From an uncultured Alphaproteobacteria bacterium (GTDB lineage Bacteria; Pseudomonadota; Alphaproteobacteria; Methylaequorales; Methylaequoraceae), in NCBI GenBank assembly GCA_902526175.1, contig CABZJY010000002.1:52733-116732 (forward strand): DNA of 64,000 nt, read 5' to 3'. The position numbers and the translations under genes were made by a program. The notes below the pieces were generated by a model. It was not told where the DNA came from. It did no database searches and worked only from the letters and a program-made list of their open reading frames with translations. Every line of letters starts with the position of its first letter. Within the stretch, counting starts at the first letter, position 1. Below are positions 21,150-31,100 of this stretch, piece after piece.

Positions 21150-21740
21150 ATGAAAAAGAATTCTATTTCTTGTTGGAATTGCGGTAATAACGTCAAAAAT
21201 TTTTTTTTTTGCGAACATTGTAAAAAAATCCAAAAACCAATAGAACATGATCCTTTCCAGTTATTCTCTCTACCTTACGAGTTCAATATAGATATTGAAA
21301 AACTTGAAGCTGATTTTTTTAATTTACAACACAAACTTCATCCGGATAAATTTATTAATGCTAATGAAAATGAAAAACTTTTTTCAGGAATACATTCAGG
21401 AAACCTCAATCAATCGTATCATCTGCTAGTTGACCCTATCTCAAGAGCGGGAATACTCTTAAAAATCTTAATAAATTATGATCTCAAAGAAAAAACAGTA
21501 AACGATAAAATTCTATTATTTGAAATAATGGAATTAGAAGAGGAAAAAGAAAATTTGCAACAAAAAAAAGATGCATTAATCTTTTATAAGAAAATAATGG
21601 GATTAATTGATGATGAGATTAAAACAATAAATAATAAATTTAAGGAAGAAAATTATTTAGAAGCCGCTAAGATACATACAAAACTTACATATTTAAAAAA
21701 AATTAAAAACGATTTTAAAAAAGTTGAGATAGAACTATGA
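21150..21740 (+). CDS. hscB: Fe-S co-chaperone HscB with N-terminal tetracysteine zinc-finger
   Basis: 196 aa. J-domain HPD (LHPDKF). N-terminal CWNCG...FFCEHC motif. Sits directly upstream of hscA. Confidence 0.85.
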   Translation: MKKNSISCWNCGNNVKNFFFCEHCKKIQKPIEHDPFQLFSLPYEFNIDIEKLEADFFNLQHKLHPDKFINANENEKLFSGIHSGNLNQSYHLLVDPISRAGILLKILINYDLKEKTVNDKILLFEIMELEEEKENLQQKKDALIFYKKIMGLIDDEIKTINNKFKEENYLEAAKIHTKLTYLKKIKNDFKKVEIEL

Positions 21741-23542
21741 GTTTAATGCAAATTACTGAACCAAACAAAAAAACTAACCATGTAGATGACCATACTGCAA
21801 TTGGTATTGATTTCGGTACAACTAATTGCGTATGTACTTTTTTTAAAAACGGTGTCTACAATATTATTACTGACGAATACAAAAAAAAATTAATTCCTTC
21901 AGTTGTTGCATTTAGAGGGGATAATTTTTTTGTTGGAAATCAAGTTTTACTTAATAAAGACATCCCTAAAGAAAATTATATTTTTTCTATCAAAAGACAT
22001 CTAACAAGAGACCAAAGTAAAAAAATAATAAAAATTTCAAATGATATTATTCTTTCTCCTTTAGAAGTTTCTTCGATAATTTTTGAATATATTAAAAAAC
22101 TTATTAATGAAGATTTAAAAGAAAAAACTAACAAATGCGTTATTACTGTTCCTGCATATTTTGATGAATTATCTAGAGTTGCAGTTAAAAAGGCAGCAAT
22201 AAATACAGGTTTTGATGTTCTAAGATTAATTAATGAACCTACAGCAGCAGCACTTGCATATGGGTTAGAAAAGAAAGTAAAAGGAAATTATTTTGTTTAT
22301 GATTTAGGAGGTGGGACATTTGATATCTCATTACTTAAACTAAGTGATGGAATATTCAAAGTTCTAAGAACTGGAGGTAACGTAAATCTAGGAGGCGACG
22401 ATATTGATTTAGCAATAGCAAAAAATATTTGTAAAAAATTATTAAATACTGAATTTGAACAACTAACTAGTAAACAAAAAGCCGAATTAATAATGTCATC
22501 AAAAAAATCTAAGGAAAATTACAACAATGATCATTCCTCGAATCTTAAGATAGATTTTTTTGAAAATGTAAATGAAATTCAAGTAAGCAATGAGTTAATT
22601 GAAGAATCAGCGAACGATATAATAGATACGACTATAAGAATATCAAAAAGTGTGCTAAATGAATCTGAATTAAACTTGTCTAAGATAGACGGTTTCATAT
22701 TAGTAGGTGGTTCGACAAAACTAGATTATCTCAAAAAAAGACTTAAAGAAAGCTTTGAAGTTAAATTTTTTAGTGATATTAATCCTGAAATAATTGTAGC
22801 TCAAGGAGCGGCGAGTCATGCACATGCACTTCTAAATGGGTCTGAAAACTTACTATTGGATGTAACACCTTTATCCCTTGGAATTGAGACAGCGGGGGGA
22901 CTTATGGAGAAGATAATAGATAGAAATAGTACTATTCCAATTACAAAGGAGCAGGAATTTACGACCTTTGAAAATGGTCAAACAGCTATAAAAATAAATA
23001 TTTTACAGGGTGAAAGAGAAATTTGTAAGTACAACAGGAGTTTAGGAGAATTTGTACTATCAGGAATTGAGCCTAAACCTGCAGGTATTCCAAGGATTAA
23101 AGTAAGATTTTCAGTTGATTCTGACGGTATTCTTGATGTTTCTGCTTATGATGAGAATAGTGGAAAAAAGCACATTATTGAAGTACAACCTGTCAAACAA
23201 CTAAATAGTAATGAAGTAATTGAAATGATAAAAGATAGTGTTAATAATTCAAAAATGGATCTTGAGGAAAGGTCAGTATTGGAGGCTGTAATTGAAGGGC
23301 AAAGATGTTTGAATGAATTAAATTATTTGAATGATGAGATTATTACCTTATGTTCAAAAGAGGAACAAAAAAAAATATTTGTTGCAATTGGTGATCTAAA
23401 GTTAAAAATAAAAGAAAAAAAAAAATATGAAATTAAAAAATTAATAGATAAATTAAACTTGTTAACACAAAATTTTGCACAAAAAAGAATAGAGAATAGT
23501 ATAGGCTCAGGTTTAGTTGGACAAGATTTAGACAATTTGTGA
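21737..23542 (+). CDS. hscA: Fe-S protein assembly Hsp70 chaperone HscA
   Basis: 601 aa. Hsp70 motifs GIDFGTTN and [12 protein letters not shown] overlap with hscB. Confidence 0.9.
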   Translation: MSLMQITEPNKKTNHVDDHTAIGIDFGTTNCVCTFFKNGVYNIITDEYKKKLIPSVVAFRGDNFFVGNQVLLNKDIPKENYIFSIKRHLTRDQSKKIIKISNDIILSPLEVSSIIFEYIKKLINEDLKEKTNKCVITVPAYFDELSRVAVKKAAINTGFDVLRLINEPTAAALAYGLEKKVKGNYFVYDLGGGTFDISLLKLSDGIFKVLRTGGNVNLGGDDIDLAIAKNICKKLLNTEFEQLTSKQKAELIMSSKKSKENYNNDHSSNLKIDFFENVNEIQVSNELIEESANDIIDTTIRISKSVLNESELNLSKIDGFILVGGSTKLDYLKKRLKESFEVKFFSDINPEIIVAQGAASHAHALLNGSENLLLDVTPLSLGIETAGGLMEKIIDRNSTIPITKEQEFTTFENGQTAIKINILQGEREICKYNRSLGEFVLSGIEPKPAGIPRIKVRFSVDSDGILDVSAYDENSGKKHIIEVQPVKQLNSNEVIEMIKDSVNNSKMDLEERSVLEAVIEGQRCLNELNYLNDEIITLCSKEEQKKIFVAIGDLKLKIKEKKKYEIKKLIDKLNLLTQNFAQKRIENSIGSGLVGQDLDNL

Positions 23543-23555
23543 GGAAAAAAATATT

Positions 23556-23888
23556 ATGCCAAAAATAATTTTTGTTGAAGCTGACGGTAATGAAAAAGAA
23601 GTTGAAGCTAAAAATGGACTGTCTATTTTAGAAATTGCTCATGAAAATGATATAGATTTAGAAGGTGCATGTGAAGGTTCACTTGCATGTTCTACATGTC
23701 ATGTTATATTTGATCAACCAACTTTTGATGGTTTAGAAGAGCCGTCAGAGGAAGAAGAAGACATGCTTGATTTAGCCTGGGGACTCACCCAAACCTCAAG
23801 ACTAGGTTGTCAAATAATTATGAATGACAGCTTAGAAGGTGTAAAAATAATTATTCCAAAAGGAACAAGAAATATCAACGTCGAGTAA
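23556..23888 (+). CDS. fdx: [2Fe-2S] ferredoxin (ISC/adrenodoxin type)
   Basis: 110 aa. [12 protein letters not shown] plus a downstream GCQ Cys, the pattern typical of Fdx in isc operons. Confidence 0.9.
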   Translation: MPKIIFVEADGNEKEVEAKNGLSILEIAHENDIDLEGACEGSLACSTCHVIFDQPTFDGLEEPSEEEEDMLDLAWGLTQTSRLGCQIIMNDSLEGVKIIIPKGTRNINVE

Positions 23889-23891
23889 ATT

Positions 23892-24086
23892 ATGAAATGG
23901 CAAGATACTCAGGAAATAGCAATAGCACTTGAGGAAAAACATCCTGAGAAGGATAACATTAACTTAAGATACACAGATTTTCATAAATGGATAATTGAAT
24001 TAGAAGAATTTGATGATGATCCAAATAAGTCTAATGAAAAAATTTTGGAAGCAATCCAAACTGCTTGGATTGAAGAAAGAGACTAG
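23892..24086 (+). CDS. iscX: Fe-S assembly protein IscX
   Basis: 64 aa. Clear similarity to E. coli IscX/YfhJ (FTDxHKWI..LEEFDDDPxxSNEKILEAI). Confidence 0.8.
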   Translation: MKWQDTQEIAIALEEKHPEKDNINLRYTDFHKWIIELEEFDDDPNKSNEKILEAIQTAWIEERD

Positions 24087-25255
24087 TGAAAATAAACTAC
24101 AATGACATTATAAAAAAGAATAACTTACCAGCTGTAGGTTCTAAAATTGTGGTTGCTATGTCAGGAGGTGTTGATTCATCGGTAACTGCCACATTACTTC
24201 ATCACGCTGGTTATGATGTTATTGGAATAACTATGCAATTATACCAATCTAAATTAAGAAGTGATAGTAAAACTTGCTGCTCAGGGAGGGATATTTCAGA
24301 TGCAAGAAAAGTAGCAAAAAAACTTGGTTTTAAACATTTTATTATAGATTACCAAAAAGAATTTGAAAAATCTGTTATCGATAATTTTGTAGATAGCTAT
24401 AAATCAGGACAGACTCCAATCCCATGTATAAAATGTAATCAAACAGTAAAATTTAGAGATTTACTTAATTTCACACATTCAATGAATTGCAATTATTTAG
24501 CAACTGGTCACTATGTTAAGAGAGTTGAGAGAAATGGAAAAATTAATCTTTTTCAGGCAAGAGATAAGAAAAAAGATCAAAGTTATTTTTTATTTGCAAC
24601 AACACAAAAACAACTTAAAACCTTACGATTTCCTTTAGGTGATTTTACAAAAGAAGAAATAAGAAAATACGCAACGTATCATGAATTAAATGTTTCTGAT
24701 AAACCAGATAGTCAAGATATTTGTTTTATACCGAATGGAAATTATAGTTCATTTATCAACAAGAGACTCAATAATAAAGTTGCTAATGGTATAATTGAAA
24801 ACTTTGATGGAACAGTTCTTGGTAAACATAAAGGAATTACAGAGTATACAATTGGACAGAGAAAAAAAATTGGAATTGGAGGTATTTCCGGTAATAAAAA
24901 ACATACACCTTTGTATGTTTTAAAAATTGACAGTAAAACAAATAAAATTGTTGTTGGCCCAAAAGAGAAACTTGCAAGTTATAATATATATTTTAAAGAT
25001 TTAAACCTATTTTCAAGAACAAAAAATAATAAGACATTTGAAGCGTATGTCAAAATTAGGTCCGGATATAAAAAAAAATTAGGAAAAGTTAATATTTCAA
25101 AAAAAAATGACAGTGTTGGCTTTGTAAACCTATATGAACCAGAATTTGGAGTAGCTCCAGGTCAGGCATGTGTTTTTTATACAAAAAGTAAAATGCTTAT
25201 TGGAGGAGGCTGGATAACAGCAGGTGAATTAATCTCTAATGATAATAAAAATTAA
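24086..25255 (+). CDS. mnmA: tRNA 2-thiouridine(34) synthase
   Basis: 389 aa. PP-loop VVAMSGGVDSSV and catalytic Cys contexts (PCIKCN, DICFI). The GTG start overlaps the iscX stop. Confidence 0.9.
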   Translation: MKINYNDIIKKNNLPAVGSKIVVAMSGGVDSSVTATLLHHAGYDVIGITMQLYQSKLRSDSKTCCSGRDISDARKVAKKLGFKHFIIDYQKEFEKSVIDNFVDSYKSGQTPIPCIKCNQTVKFRDLLNFTHSMNCNYLATGHYVKRVERNGKINLFQARDKKKDQSYFLFATTQKQLKTLRFPLGDFTKEEIRKYATYHELNVSDKPDSQDICFIPNGNYSSFINKRLNNKVANGIIENFDGTVLGKHKGITEYTIGQRKKIGIGGISGNKKHTPLYVLKIDSKTNKIVVGPKEKLASYNIYFKDLNLFSRTKNNKTFEAYVKIRSGYKKKLGKVNISKKNDSVGFVNLYEPEFGVAPGQACVFYTKSKMLIGGGWITAGELISNDNKN

Positions 25256-25529
25256 AACTAAATTTATATCAAGTTTGCAGTAAATAAAACTATTGGTTAG
25301 TTAAACTTTGTTATATTTTGGTATCCACTTATTCCTCGAAACTTTGGTTTAAAGTAAGAGATAAAATTACTTAGTAAATCAATTAATTTTAAAAATAATT
25401 TTTTCAATTTGAATATGACATTATTATAATAAAAAAATACTAAAATGTTGTTTATTAAAAATTTATGAGTAAGATTCAAATTTATTTGGTGTTTTATAAA
25501 AATTCATCAAAAATTTTCTGTGCGGATAA

Positions 25530-25606
25530 GGCGGAGTAGCTCAGGTGGTTAGAGCAGCGGAATCATAATCCGCGTGTCGGGGGTTCAAGTCCCTCCTCCG
25601 CTACCA
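25530..25606 (+). tRNA. tRNA with CAT anticodon (elongator Met or lysidine-modified Ile2)
   Basis: Folded by hand into a cloverleaf. Acceptor stem GGCGGAG/CTCCGCT (G1-U72 wobble), D stem GCTC/GAGC, anticodon stem GCGGA/TCCGC with loop ATCATAA, T loop TTCAAGT, encoded CCA. It lacks the three G-C pairs of initiator tRNA. Confidence 0.9.
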
Positions 25607-25805
25607 CTATAATAGGAAAAAGTAGGGTTCAAGGAACTCTTATATAAATTAAATATTAAGTTTTATTCATTTAGTCACTTCACTGTTAGTTAATAAACTA
25701 CATATGTATGAATAATTAATATACATTCAAATAAAATTTGCTAAACCGTAAAGAATTATAATCGTAATTGTTTATTAAATTTATATTCGGTATACTAGTT
25801 TTATT

Positions 25806-26093
25806 ATGAAATCATTCATTTTAGTATTTGTTTTTACTTTATTCTTTAGCGATGAAATTAAAGCCGTAAATATATTTGAACTTGCAATAATTAGTGGTGG
25901 AGCATATTTCATTTATGATCAATATTTTGATCAGTCACTTTCATATGAAAATGTTTATCAGAAAAAAAGAAATGTATTAAAGAAGCACAATCAAACTTTG
26001 ATGAAAAAAAGATTTATTGATTTAAGTAGTAAAACAAATTTGATAAATTATCTTGGCATTGTTGAAAGTCTTCATAGAAGAAATAATTTTTAG
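25806..26093 (+). CDS. hypothetical small secreted protein
   Basis: 95 aa. N-terminal signal peptide (MKSFILVFVFTLFFSDEIKA). The N-terminal region resembles that of the next ORF. Confidence 0.4.
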   Translation: MKSFILVFVFTLFFSDEIKAVNIFELAIISGGAYFIYDQYFDQSLSYENVYQKKRNVLKKHNQTLMKKRFIDLSSKTNLINYLGIVESLHRRNNF

Positions 26094-26157
26094 TTTATCC
26101 TAATTAAATTTAAAAATAAGTCGTTATACTTAAAGCTAACTGTGACTTAAATATCCA

Positions 26158-26640
26158 ATGAAACGTTTTATATTTTATATTTTTTTATTGATATTCTTTA
26201 CTGCTGGTAATATTAAAGCTGGTTCTTTTAGCGAGTTATTTGGAAGCGAAGGTGCCTCTGGTATTGCAAATCCAAAAACACGCTCCCTAAGCTGGTCTAT
26301 GCAGTATCTTACTTTTACTGGGGCAACAGGTCTTATTTTGAATAACTTGTACAATACGGGTTTTTTTGAGCCATTCGGCCTTCAACCTGAGATCTATAAA
26401 GAAATGTCTCCGTTAGCTTATGATAAGAGTCTTTTTACAAAGTCTGTTAATAATAATTTAAGAAATTCAAAAGATATAATTTTTAGGAAAAATGAGATAC
26501 TTCAAATTAATAACAATGTTCTATTAAAGCAACCGCAATTCTCAATGATTAAAAAAGAAAATGAGGTATTGTTTAACGATTATATTATAAAAAAAGAAAA
26601 CAGAGACCTATTAATTAGGAGATTATTTGATGAAAGGTAA
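26158..26640 (+). CDS. hypothetical secreted protein
   Basis: 160 aa. Signal peptide (MKRFIFYIFLLIFFTAGNIKA). No recognisable domain. Confidence 0.45.
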   Translation: MKRFIFYIFLLIFFTAGNIKAGSFSELFGSEGASGIANPKTRSLSWSMQYLTFTGATGLILNNLYNTGFFEPFGLQPEIYKEMSPLAYDKSLFTKSVNNNLRNSKDIIFRKNEILQINNNVLLKQPQFSMIKKENEVLFNDYIIKKENRDLLIRRLFDER

Positions 26641-27088
26641 AATCATATTAATTTTATTTAGTTTAATTTTTATATGTAGTTGTGCCCAAAATAATTTTAC
26701 TTCTAAAAAAAACCTAACACAACTTACTCTATCTTCTGCAACTGGATATCTAGCTTATCAATGGAGTGATGCTGATATATTTACAACTATTGCTGGATCA
26801 AGTATTGGATATCTTATGGGCAGTTATTTAGGAGAATTTCTTGAGCAAAATGACTATTATTATTATCAAAAAGAATTAATAAATACACTTAATCTTAATG
26901 AGATCGGAAGTTCAGGGTACTGGAATAATAATAAATCTGGTAATGAAGGAGTTATAATCGTTAAAAATTATTTTCAGGTACCAGAATGTAGATTAATTGA
27001 GCATATTTATGTTGTAAAAAAAAATCCTAAAAAGTATTTTGATACAGCATGTAGATCAGAAAATGGAAGCTGGAATGTCATAAGATAA
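26627..27088 (+). CDS. 17 kDa surface antigen-like lipoprotein (glycine-zipper plus C-terminal surface-antigen domain)
   Basis: 153 aa. Signal peptide with Cys (FICSC). Gly/Ser zipper segment (IAGSSIGYLMGSYLG). C-terminal block W.N..SGN.G.I....Y....ECR...H........K.Y.DTACRSENGSWNV is collinear with the Rickettsia 17 kDa antigen tail (EWRNPDNGNYGYV...YCREYTQ...AYGNACRQPDGQWQVV). Confidence 0.65.
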   Translation: MMKGKIILILFSLIFICSCAQNNFTSKKNLTQLTLSSATGYLAYQWSDADIFTTIAGSSIGYLMGSYLGEFLEQNDYYYYQKELINTLNLNEIGSSGYWNNNKSGNEGVIIVKNYFQVPECRLIEHIYVVKKNPKKYFDTACRSENGSWNVIR

Positions 27089-27130
27089 TTTTTTGTTTTT
27101 TTTTATGTAAAGATACATTATATTTCTTAA

Positions 27131-27889
27131 ATGATTTTACTTTCGCCAGCAAAAAATATGAAATTCGACCAGACAACGAATTTGTTTGATTCTAGTAGTC
27201 CTAATTTTAGTAAAGAAACCAAACATTTAATTCATAAACTCAGAGAATTAACCAAAACTCAGATTAAAAAAATGATGAAGTTAAGCGATAATTTGTCAAG
27301 TTTAAACTATGAAAGGTATAAAAGTTTCGCGATATCTTCTAAAGATAATAATAATGCAATATTTGTTTTTAATGGAGATACTTACAAAGGATTAAATGCA
27401 AAAAGTTTTTCTAAAGAAGAAATTTTTTATAGTCAAAAAAGACTCAGAATAATTTCAGGTTTGTATGGATTAATTAAACCATTAGACAATATCCAGCCAT
27501 ACAGACTAGAAATGGGATCACCAACAAGTGATTTCATTGGTACCAGTTTGTATGAATTTTGGTCTGATATAATCACAAAACAAATAAATAGTGAAATGAA
27601 AAATAATGAATATGAAATTCTTTTTAATTTAGCTTCTATTGAGTATTTCAAGTGTGTAGATAGAGAAAAAATTGATGGTGATATAATTACACCTATATTT
27701 TATCAAAAAAGGGAAGGGAAACTTAAAAATATAGGTATAATATCCAAGAAAAGTAGAGGGCAGATGGCGAACTTTATTATTAAAAATAAAATTAACAATA
27801 TTAATGACTTGAAGAATTTTAATATTGATGGTTATAAATTTGATTCATTTGATAAAAAACTAGGTAACATATTTTTTATTAAAAACTAG
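27131..27889 (+). CDS. yaaA: peroxide stress protein YaaA (UPF0246/DUF328)
   Basis: 252 aa. N-terminus MILLSPAKNM and overall collinearity with the YaaA family. Confidence 0.85.
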   Translation: MILLSPAKNMKFDQTTNLFDSSSPNFSKETKHLIHKLRELTKTQIKKMMKLSDNLSSLNYERYKSFAISSKDNNNAIFVFNGDTYKGLNAKSFSKEEIFYSQKRLRIISGLYGLIKPLDNIQPYRLEMGSPTSDFIGTSLYEFWSDIITKQINSEMKNNEYEILFNLASIEYFKCVDREKIDGDIITPIFYQKREGKLKNIGIISKKSRGQMANFIIKNKINNINDLKNFNIDGYKFDSFDKKLGNIFFIKN

Positions 27890-27891
27890 AA

Positions 27892-28809
27892 ATGGTTGCA
27901 AAAAAAAATATTGCTGTTCTAATCCCGTGCCTTAATGAAGAGAAAACAATATCGAATGTCATTAAAAAGATTAAGGCGAAAGTTCACCAAGCAGATGTAT
28001 TTTTATTTGATAATAATTCTACTGATGGCTCAAAACATTTAGCAAAAAAAGCTGGTGCAACCGTATTCAATGTAACAAAAAAAGGCAAAGGGAATGTTGT
28101 AAGAAAAATGTTCTCAGAGATTTCTGCGGATATTTATATCATGATTGATGGTGATGATACATATGATATTGAAAATATTAATAAAATGATTGCTCTTCTC
28201 CAAAGAGATAGCCTCGATATGGTTGTAGCAAAAAGGATTTCAAATGATACCAGTGCTTACAGATTTGGGCATAAAACAGGAAATAGAATATTTACAAACT
28301 TAGTAAAATACACTTTTGGAAACCAGATAGACGACCTTTTTTCAGGATTTAGGGTATTTTCTAGGCAATTTGTAAAATCATTCCCATGTAATTCTATTGG
28401 TTTTGAAATAGAAACAGAATTAACTATACATGCACTTGAGCAAAGATTAGATGTAGCCGAGGTAGAATGTTTGTATTTTGCAAGACCATCAGGGTCAGAG
28501 AGCAAACTTAAAACTTTTGGAGATGGATTTAAAATATTAAATCTTATACTTATTCTTATAAAAGACGAGAAGCCATTTTTATTTTTTTCTCTTCTTAGTT
28601 TATTTTTTCTCTTCTCTTCTCTTTTGATAGGTTTGCCAGTTGTTTTTGAATTTTTAAAAACTGGTTTAGTTGACAGATTACCAACCGCAGTACTTTCTGC
28701 GATAAATATGGTAATCGCTTTTTTAAGTTTTTTTTCAGGACTCATACTTGATGTGGTCAAAAAATCAAGACATGAAATGAAAAGACTTACTTACCTTTCT
28801 AGTAAATAA
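27892..28809 (+). CDS. family 2 glycosyltransferase with C-terminal TM segments (polyprenyl-phosphate sugar transferase-like)
   Basis: 305 aa. GT-A fold motifs (VLIPCLNEE, FDNNSTDGS, DGDD) and two C-terminal hydrophobic helices. Confidence 0.8.
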   Translation: MVAKKNIAVLIPCLNEEKTISNVIKKIKAKVHQADVFLFDNNSTDGSKHLAKKAGATVFNVTKKGKGNVVRKMFSEISADIYIMIDGDDTYDIENINKMIALLQRDSLDMVVAKRISNDTSAYRFGHKTGNRIFTNLVKYTFGNQIDDLFSGFRVFSRQFVKSFPCNSIGFEIETELTIHALEQRLDVAEVECLYFARPSGSESKLKTFGDGFKILNLILILIKDEKPFLFFSLLSLFFLFSSLLIGLPVVFEFLKTGLVDRLPTAVLSAINMVIAFLSFFSGLILDVVKKSRHEMKRLTYLSSK

Positions 28810-28890
28810 AATAAAGACTTCATTTTTGTAAAAGTAAATTTGTTTGTTTGATATATAATTGAATAAGTAAATCTAACTATTTTTTAAATT

Positions 28891-29157
28891 TTATTTAATT
28901 GGTATATTAATAGACTTTGTACTCTTATTATGAATTACGTTTTTGGAAAGATCCTTTTCGTTTTCATTTATGAGCCAAAGCATTTGCATAGCCAGAGCAT
29001 GAACTCTTTTTGCTGATGTAGCTCCAGATAATAGTCTTGCAATTTGTCTTTTGCTAATTCCTAATGCATTCGAGGCATCGTTAATTGAAAAATTTAATTC
29101 TTTTAACCAAAATTTTATTTCGTGAGGTTCAGGTTTATTAATATTATTAAAAATCAT
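28891..29157 (-). CDS. small helix-turn-helix protein
   Basis: 88 aa. Probable HTH ([21 protein letters not shown]). The start overlaps the stop of the upstream symporter gene by 4 nt. Confidence 0.5.
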   Translation of the reverse strand: MIFNNINKPEPHEIKFWLKELNFSINDASNALGISKRQIARLLSGATSAKRVHALAMQMLWLINENEKDLSKNVIHNKSTKSINIPIK

Positions 29158-30773
29158 TTTTCAATATTTGTATAAGATTTATAAAATTGTTTTTCAAATA
29201 ATTTTCTATGTTTATTTGAAAGGCTTTCTTTATCAATTTTTGAAAATAAAAAAATCGAAATAAAAGCTGCAGTTATTGAAAATAGTGCTGGATATTTATA
29301 AGGAAAAATAGGATTTGCATTTCCTAAAATATCAACCCAAACAATTGGTCCCAAAATAACTAAGATTGCTGCTGTTAACAATCCAATAAATCCTCCGTAA
29401 AAAGCACCCTTTGAGGTTAAGTTTTTCCAATAAAGAGACAAAAATAAAATTGGAAAATTTGCACTTGCTGCAATAGCAAAAGCCATTCCAACCATGAAAG
29501 CAACATTCTGTCCCTCAAATATAATACCCAGAAAAATAGCAATAATCCCTAAAACAATTGTAGATATTTTAGAAATAAATATCTCTTTTTTTTCACTAGT
29601 TTTACCTCTGCAAATTACATAGGCGTATAAGTCGTGACCTATAGCGGATGCTCCGGCTAAAGTCAGTCCAGAGACAACCGCTAGTATAGTTGCGAACGCA
29701 ACAGCGGAAATAAAGCCTAAAAATATATCACCTCCAACAGCATGTGAAAGATGTATTGCAGCCATATTGTTTGATCCAATTAAACCACCGTCTGTAGTAA
29801 TATAATTAGAATTATTAGTTAATAGAACTATAGCACCAAAACCTATTATAAAAGTTAATATATAAAAATAACCTATAAAACCTGTTGCATATGCAGCTGA
29901 GATTTTTGCACTTCTTGCATCAGGAACTGTAAAAAATCTCATTAAAATATGGGGTAGACCTGCTGTTCCAAAAATCAGAGCCATACCAAGAGATATTGCT
30001 GATAAAGGTTCATCAATTAATTGTCCAGGGAATAGAATATCCTGACCTTTTCTGTGAATTGTTGTAGCTTCATTAAATAATTTACTGATACTATAATCAT
30101 TAACTTTTAATACCATGAAAGCTAAGATTGTAGCGCCAAACAGGAGAAGTATAGCTTTAATAACTTGGACCCAGGTAGTTGCAATCATTCCTCCAAAACT
30201 GACATATATTATCATTAGTGATCCAATAATAATTACTGCGGATTCATATGATAGTCCAAAAAGCGTTTGAATTAGGCCACCAGCACCAACCATCTGCGCA
30301 ATCAAATAAAGTAAAATAGTGAGAAGGGTTCCTACTGAAGACAAAATTCTTATGTAAAATTGATCTAATCTTATTGATGTTGCGTCTGCAAAGGTATATC
30401 TTCCTAAATTCTTCAATTTTTCTGCTAACAAAAATAATATTATTGGCCAACCAACTAAAAAACCTATTGAATATATTAAACCATCAAAACCTGAAAAAAA
30501 TACTAAACCAGAGATTCCAAGGAAGGATGCAGCAGACATATAATCACCTGCTATAGCAAGACCATTTTGTAAACCAGTAATTTTTCCTCCGGCTGCATAA
30601 AAACTATCTTTATTTTTTGTTTTTTTAGATGCAAAATAAGTTATTATAAGAGTAGTAATAACAAAAATTAAAAAAGTAAGTATTGCATAATTGTTAGTTG
30701 TTTTGCTTTCACTAAATGCAAAGGTATCAAATGGAACTAATAAAAGTGAAGTAAAAGAAAGAAATAAATTCAC
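29154..30773 (-). CDS. sodium:solute symporter family transporter (ActP-like cation/acetate symporter)
   Basis: 539 aa, about 13 TM helices, SSS-family sequence blocks. Preceded by a DUF485 (YjcH-like) gene, as in yjcH-actP operons. Confidence 0.8.
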   Translation of the reverse strand: MNLFLSFTSLLLVPFDTFAFSESKTTNNYAILTFLIFVITTLIITYFASKKTKNKDSFYAAGGKITGLQNGLAIAGDYMSAASFLGISGLVFFSGFDGLIYSIGFLVGWPIILFLLAEKLKNLGRYTFADATSIRLDQFYIRILSSVGTLLTILLYLIAQMVGAGGLIQTLFGLSYESAVIIIGSLMIIYVSFGGMIATTWVQVIKAILLLFGATILAFMVLKVNDYSISKLFNEATTIHRKGQDILFPGQLIDEPLSAISLGMALIFGTAGLPHILMRFFTVPDARSAKISAAYATGFIGYFYILTFIIGFGAIVLLTNNSNYITTDGGLIGSNNMAAIHLSHAVGGDIFLGFISAVAFATILAVVSGLTLAGASAIGHDLYAYVICRGKTSEKKEIFISKISTIVLGIIAIFLGIIFEGQNVAFMVGMAFAIAASANFPILFLSLYWKNLTSKGAFYGGFIGLLTAAILVILGPIVWVDILGNANPIFPYKYPALFSITAAFISIFLFSKIDKESLSNKHRKLFEKQFYKSYTNIEK

Positions 30774-31087
30774 TGTTCAATTTTTTTTCTGAGATTATCT
30801 AAAAAAAAATTAGAGATAATCACATAAAGTATAGTTAAAAAAATTGAAAAAATAATTATAGATATTCCAAATACTATACCTATTGGGATAGTTTCATTAA
30901 ATACCATTGGTGCAAACAATTCAGGCTTAAAACCAACAATTATTATAAACGAAAAATACAATAATAATACTAAAGCACTAAATGATACACTTATCAGATT
31001 CTGGTACTTTACAAGCTTATTAAAGTTATTCTGTGAATCTGTTTCACTCATTTTATTTTTAGAAAAGCCAATGCTAAAAATTAACAT
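30770..31087 (-). CDS. DUF485 (YjcH-like) small membrane protein
   Basis: 105 aa, two TM helices. Overlaps the start of the ActP-like gene, which is the canonical pairing. Confidence 0.7.
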   Translation of the reverse strand: MLIFSIGFSKNKMSETDSQNNFNKLVKYQNLISVSFSALVLLLYFSFIIIVGFKPELFAPMVFNETIPIGIVFGISIIIFSIFLTILYVIISNFFLDNLRKKIEQ

Positions 31088-31100
31088 TGGCTTTATTCAA

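Noticed and set aside
25297-25479. 60-aa minus-strand ORF in the mnmA-tRNA spacer
   Set aside because: It has an extremely AT-rich, Asn/Phe/Lys/Ile-rich product, no SD, and no partner genes on that strand. It is most likely non-coding spacer.
25530-25606. Possibility that the CAT-anticodon tRNA is the initiator tRNA-fMet
   Set aside because: The anticodon stem (GCGGA/TCCGC) lacks the three consecutive G-C pairs next to the loop. Positions 1-72 form G-U rather than the C-A mismatch typical of bacterial initiators. Met versus Ile2 cannot be decided by eye.
25625-25640. GGGTTCAAG match to the T-arm of the adjacent tRNA, considered as an att-site remnant of an integrated island
   Set aside because: Only about 9-10 nt match, and it lies about 20 nt from the tRNA 3' end, so it flanks nothing. 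There is no integrase, and I saw no second copy at the far side of the three-gene islet.
28257-28760. 167-aa minus-strand ORF inside the GT2 glycosyltransferase gene
   Set aside because: It is antisense to a gene with clear GT-A motifs, and its product has no recognisable features.
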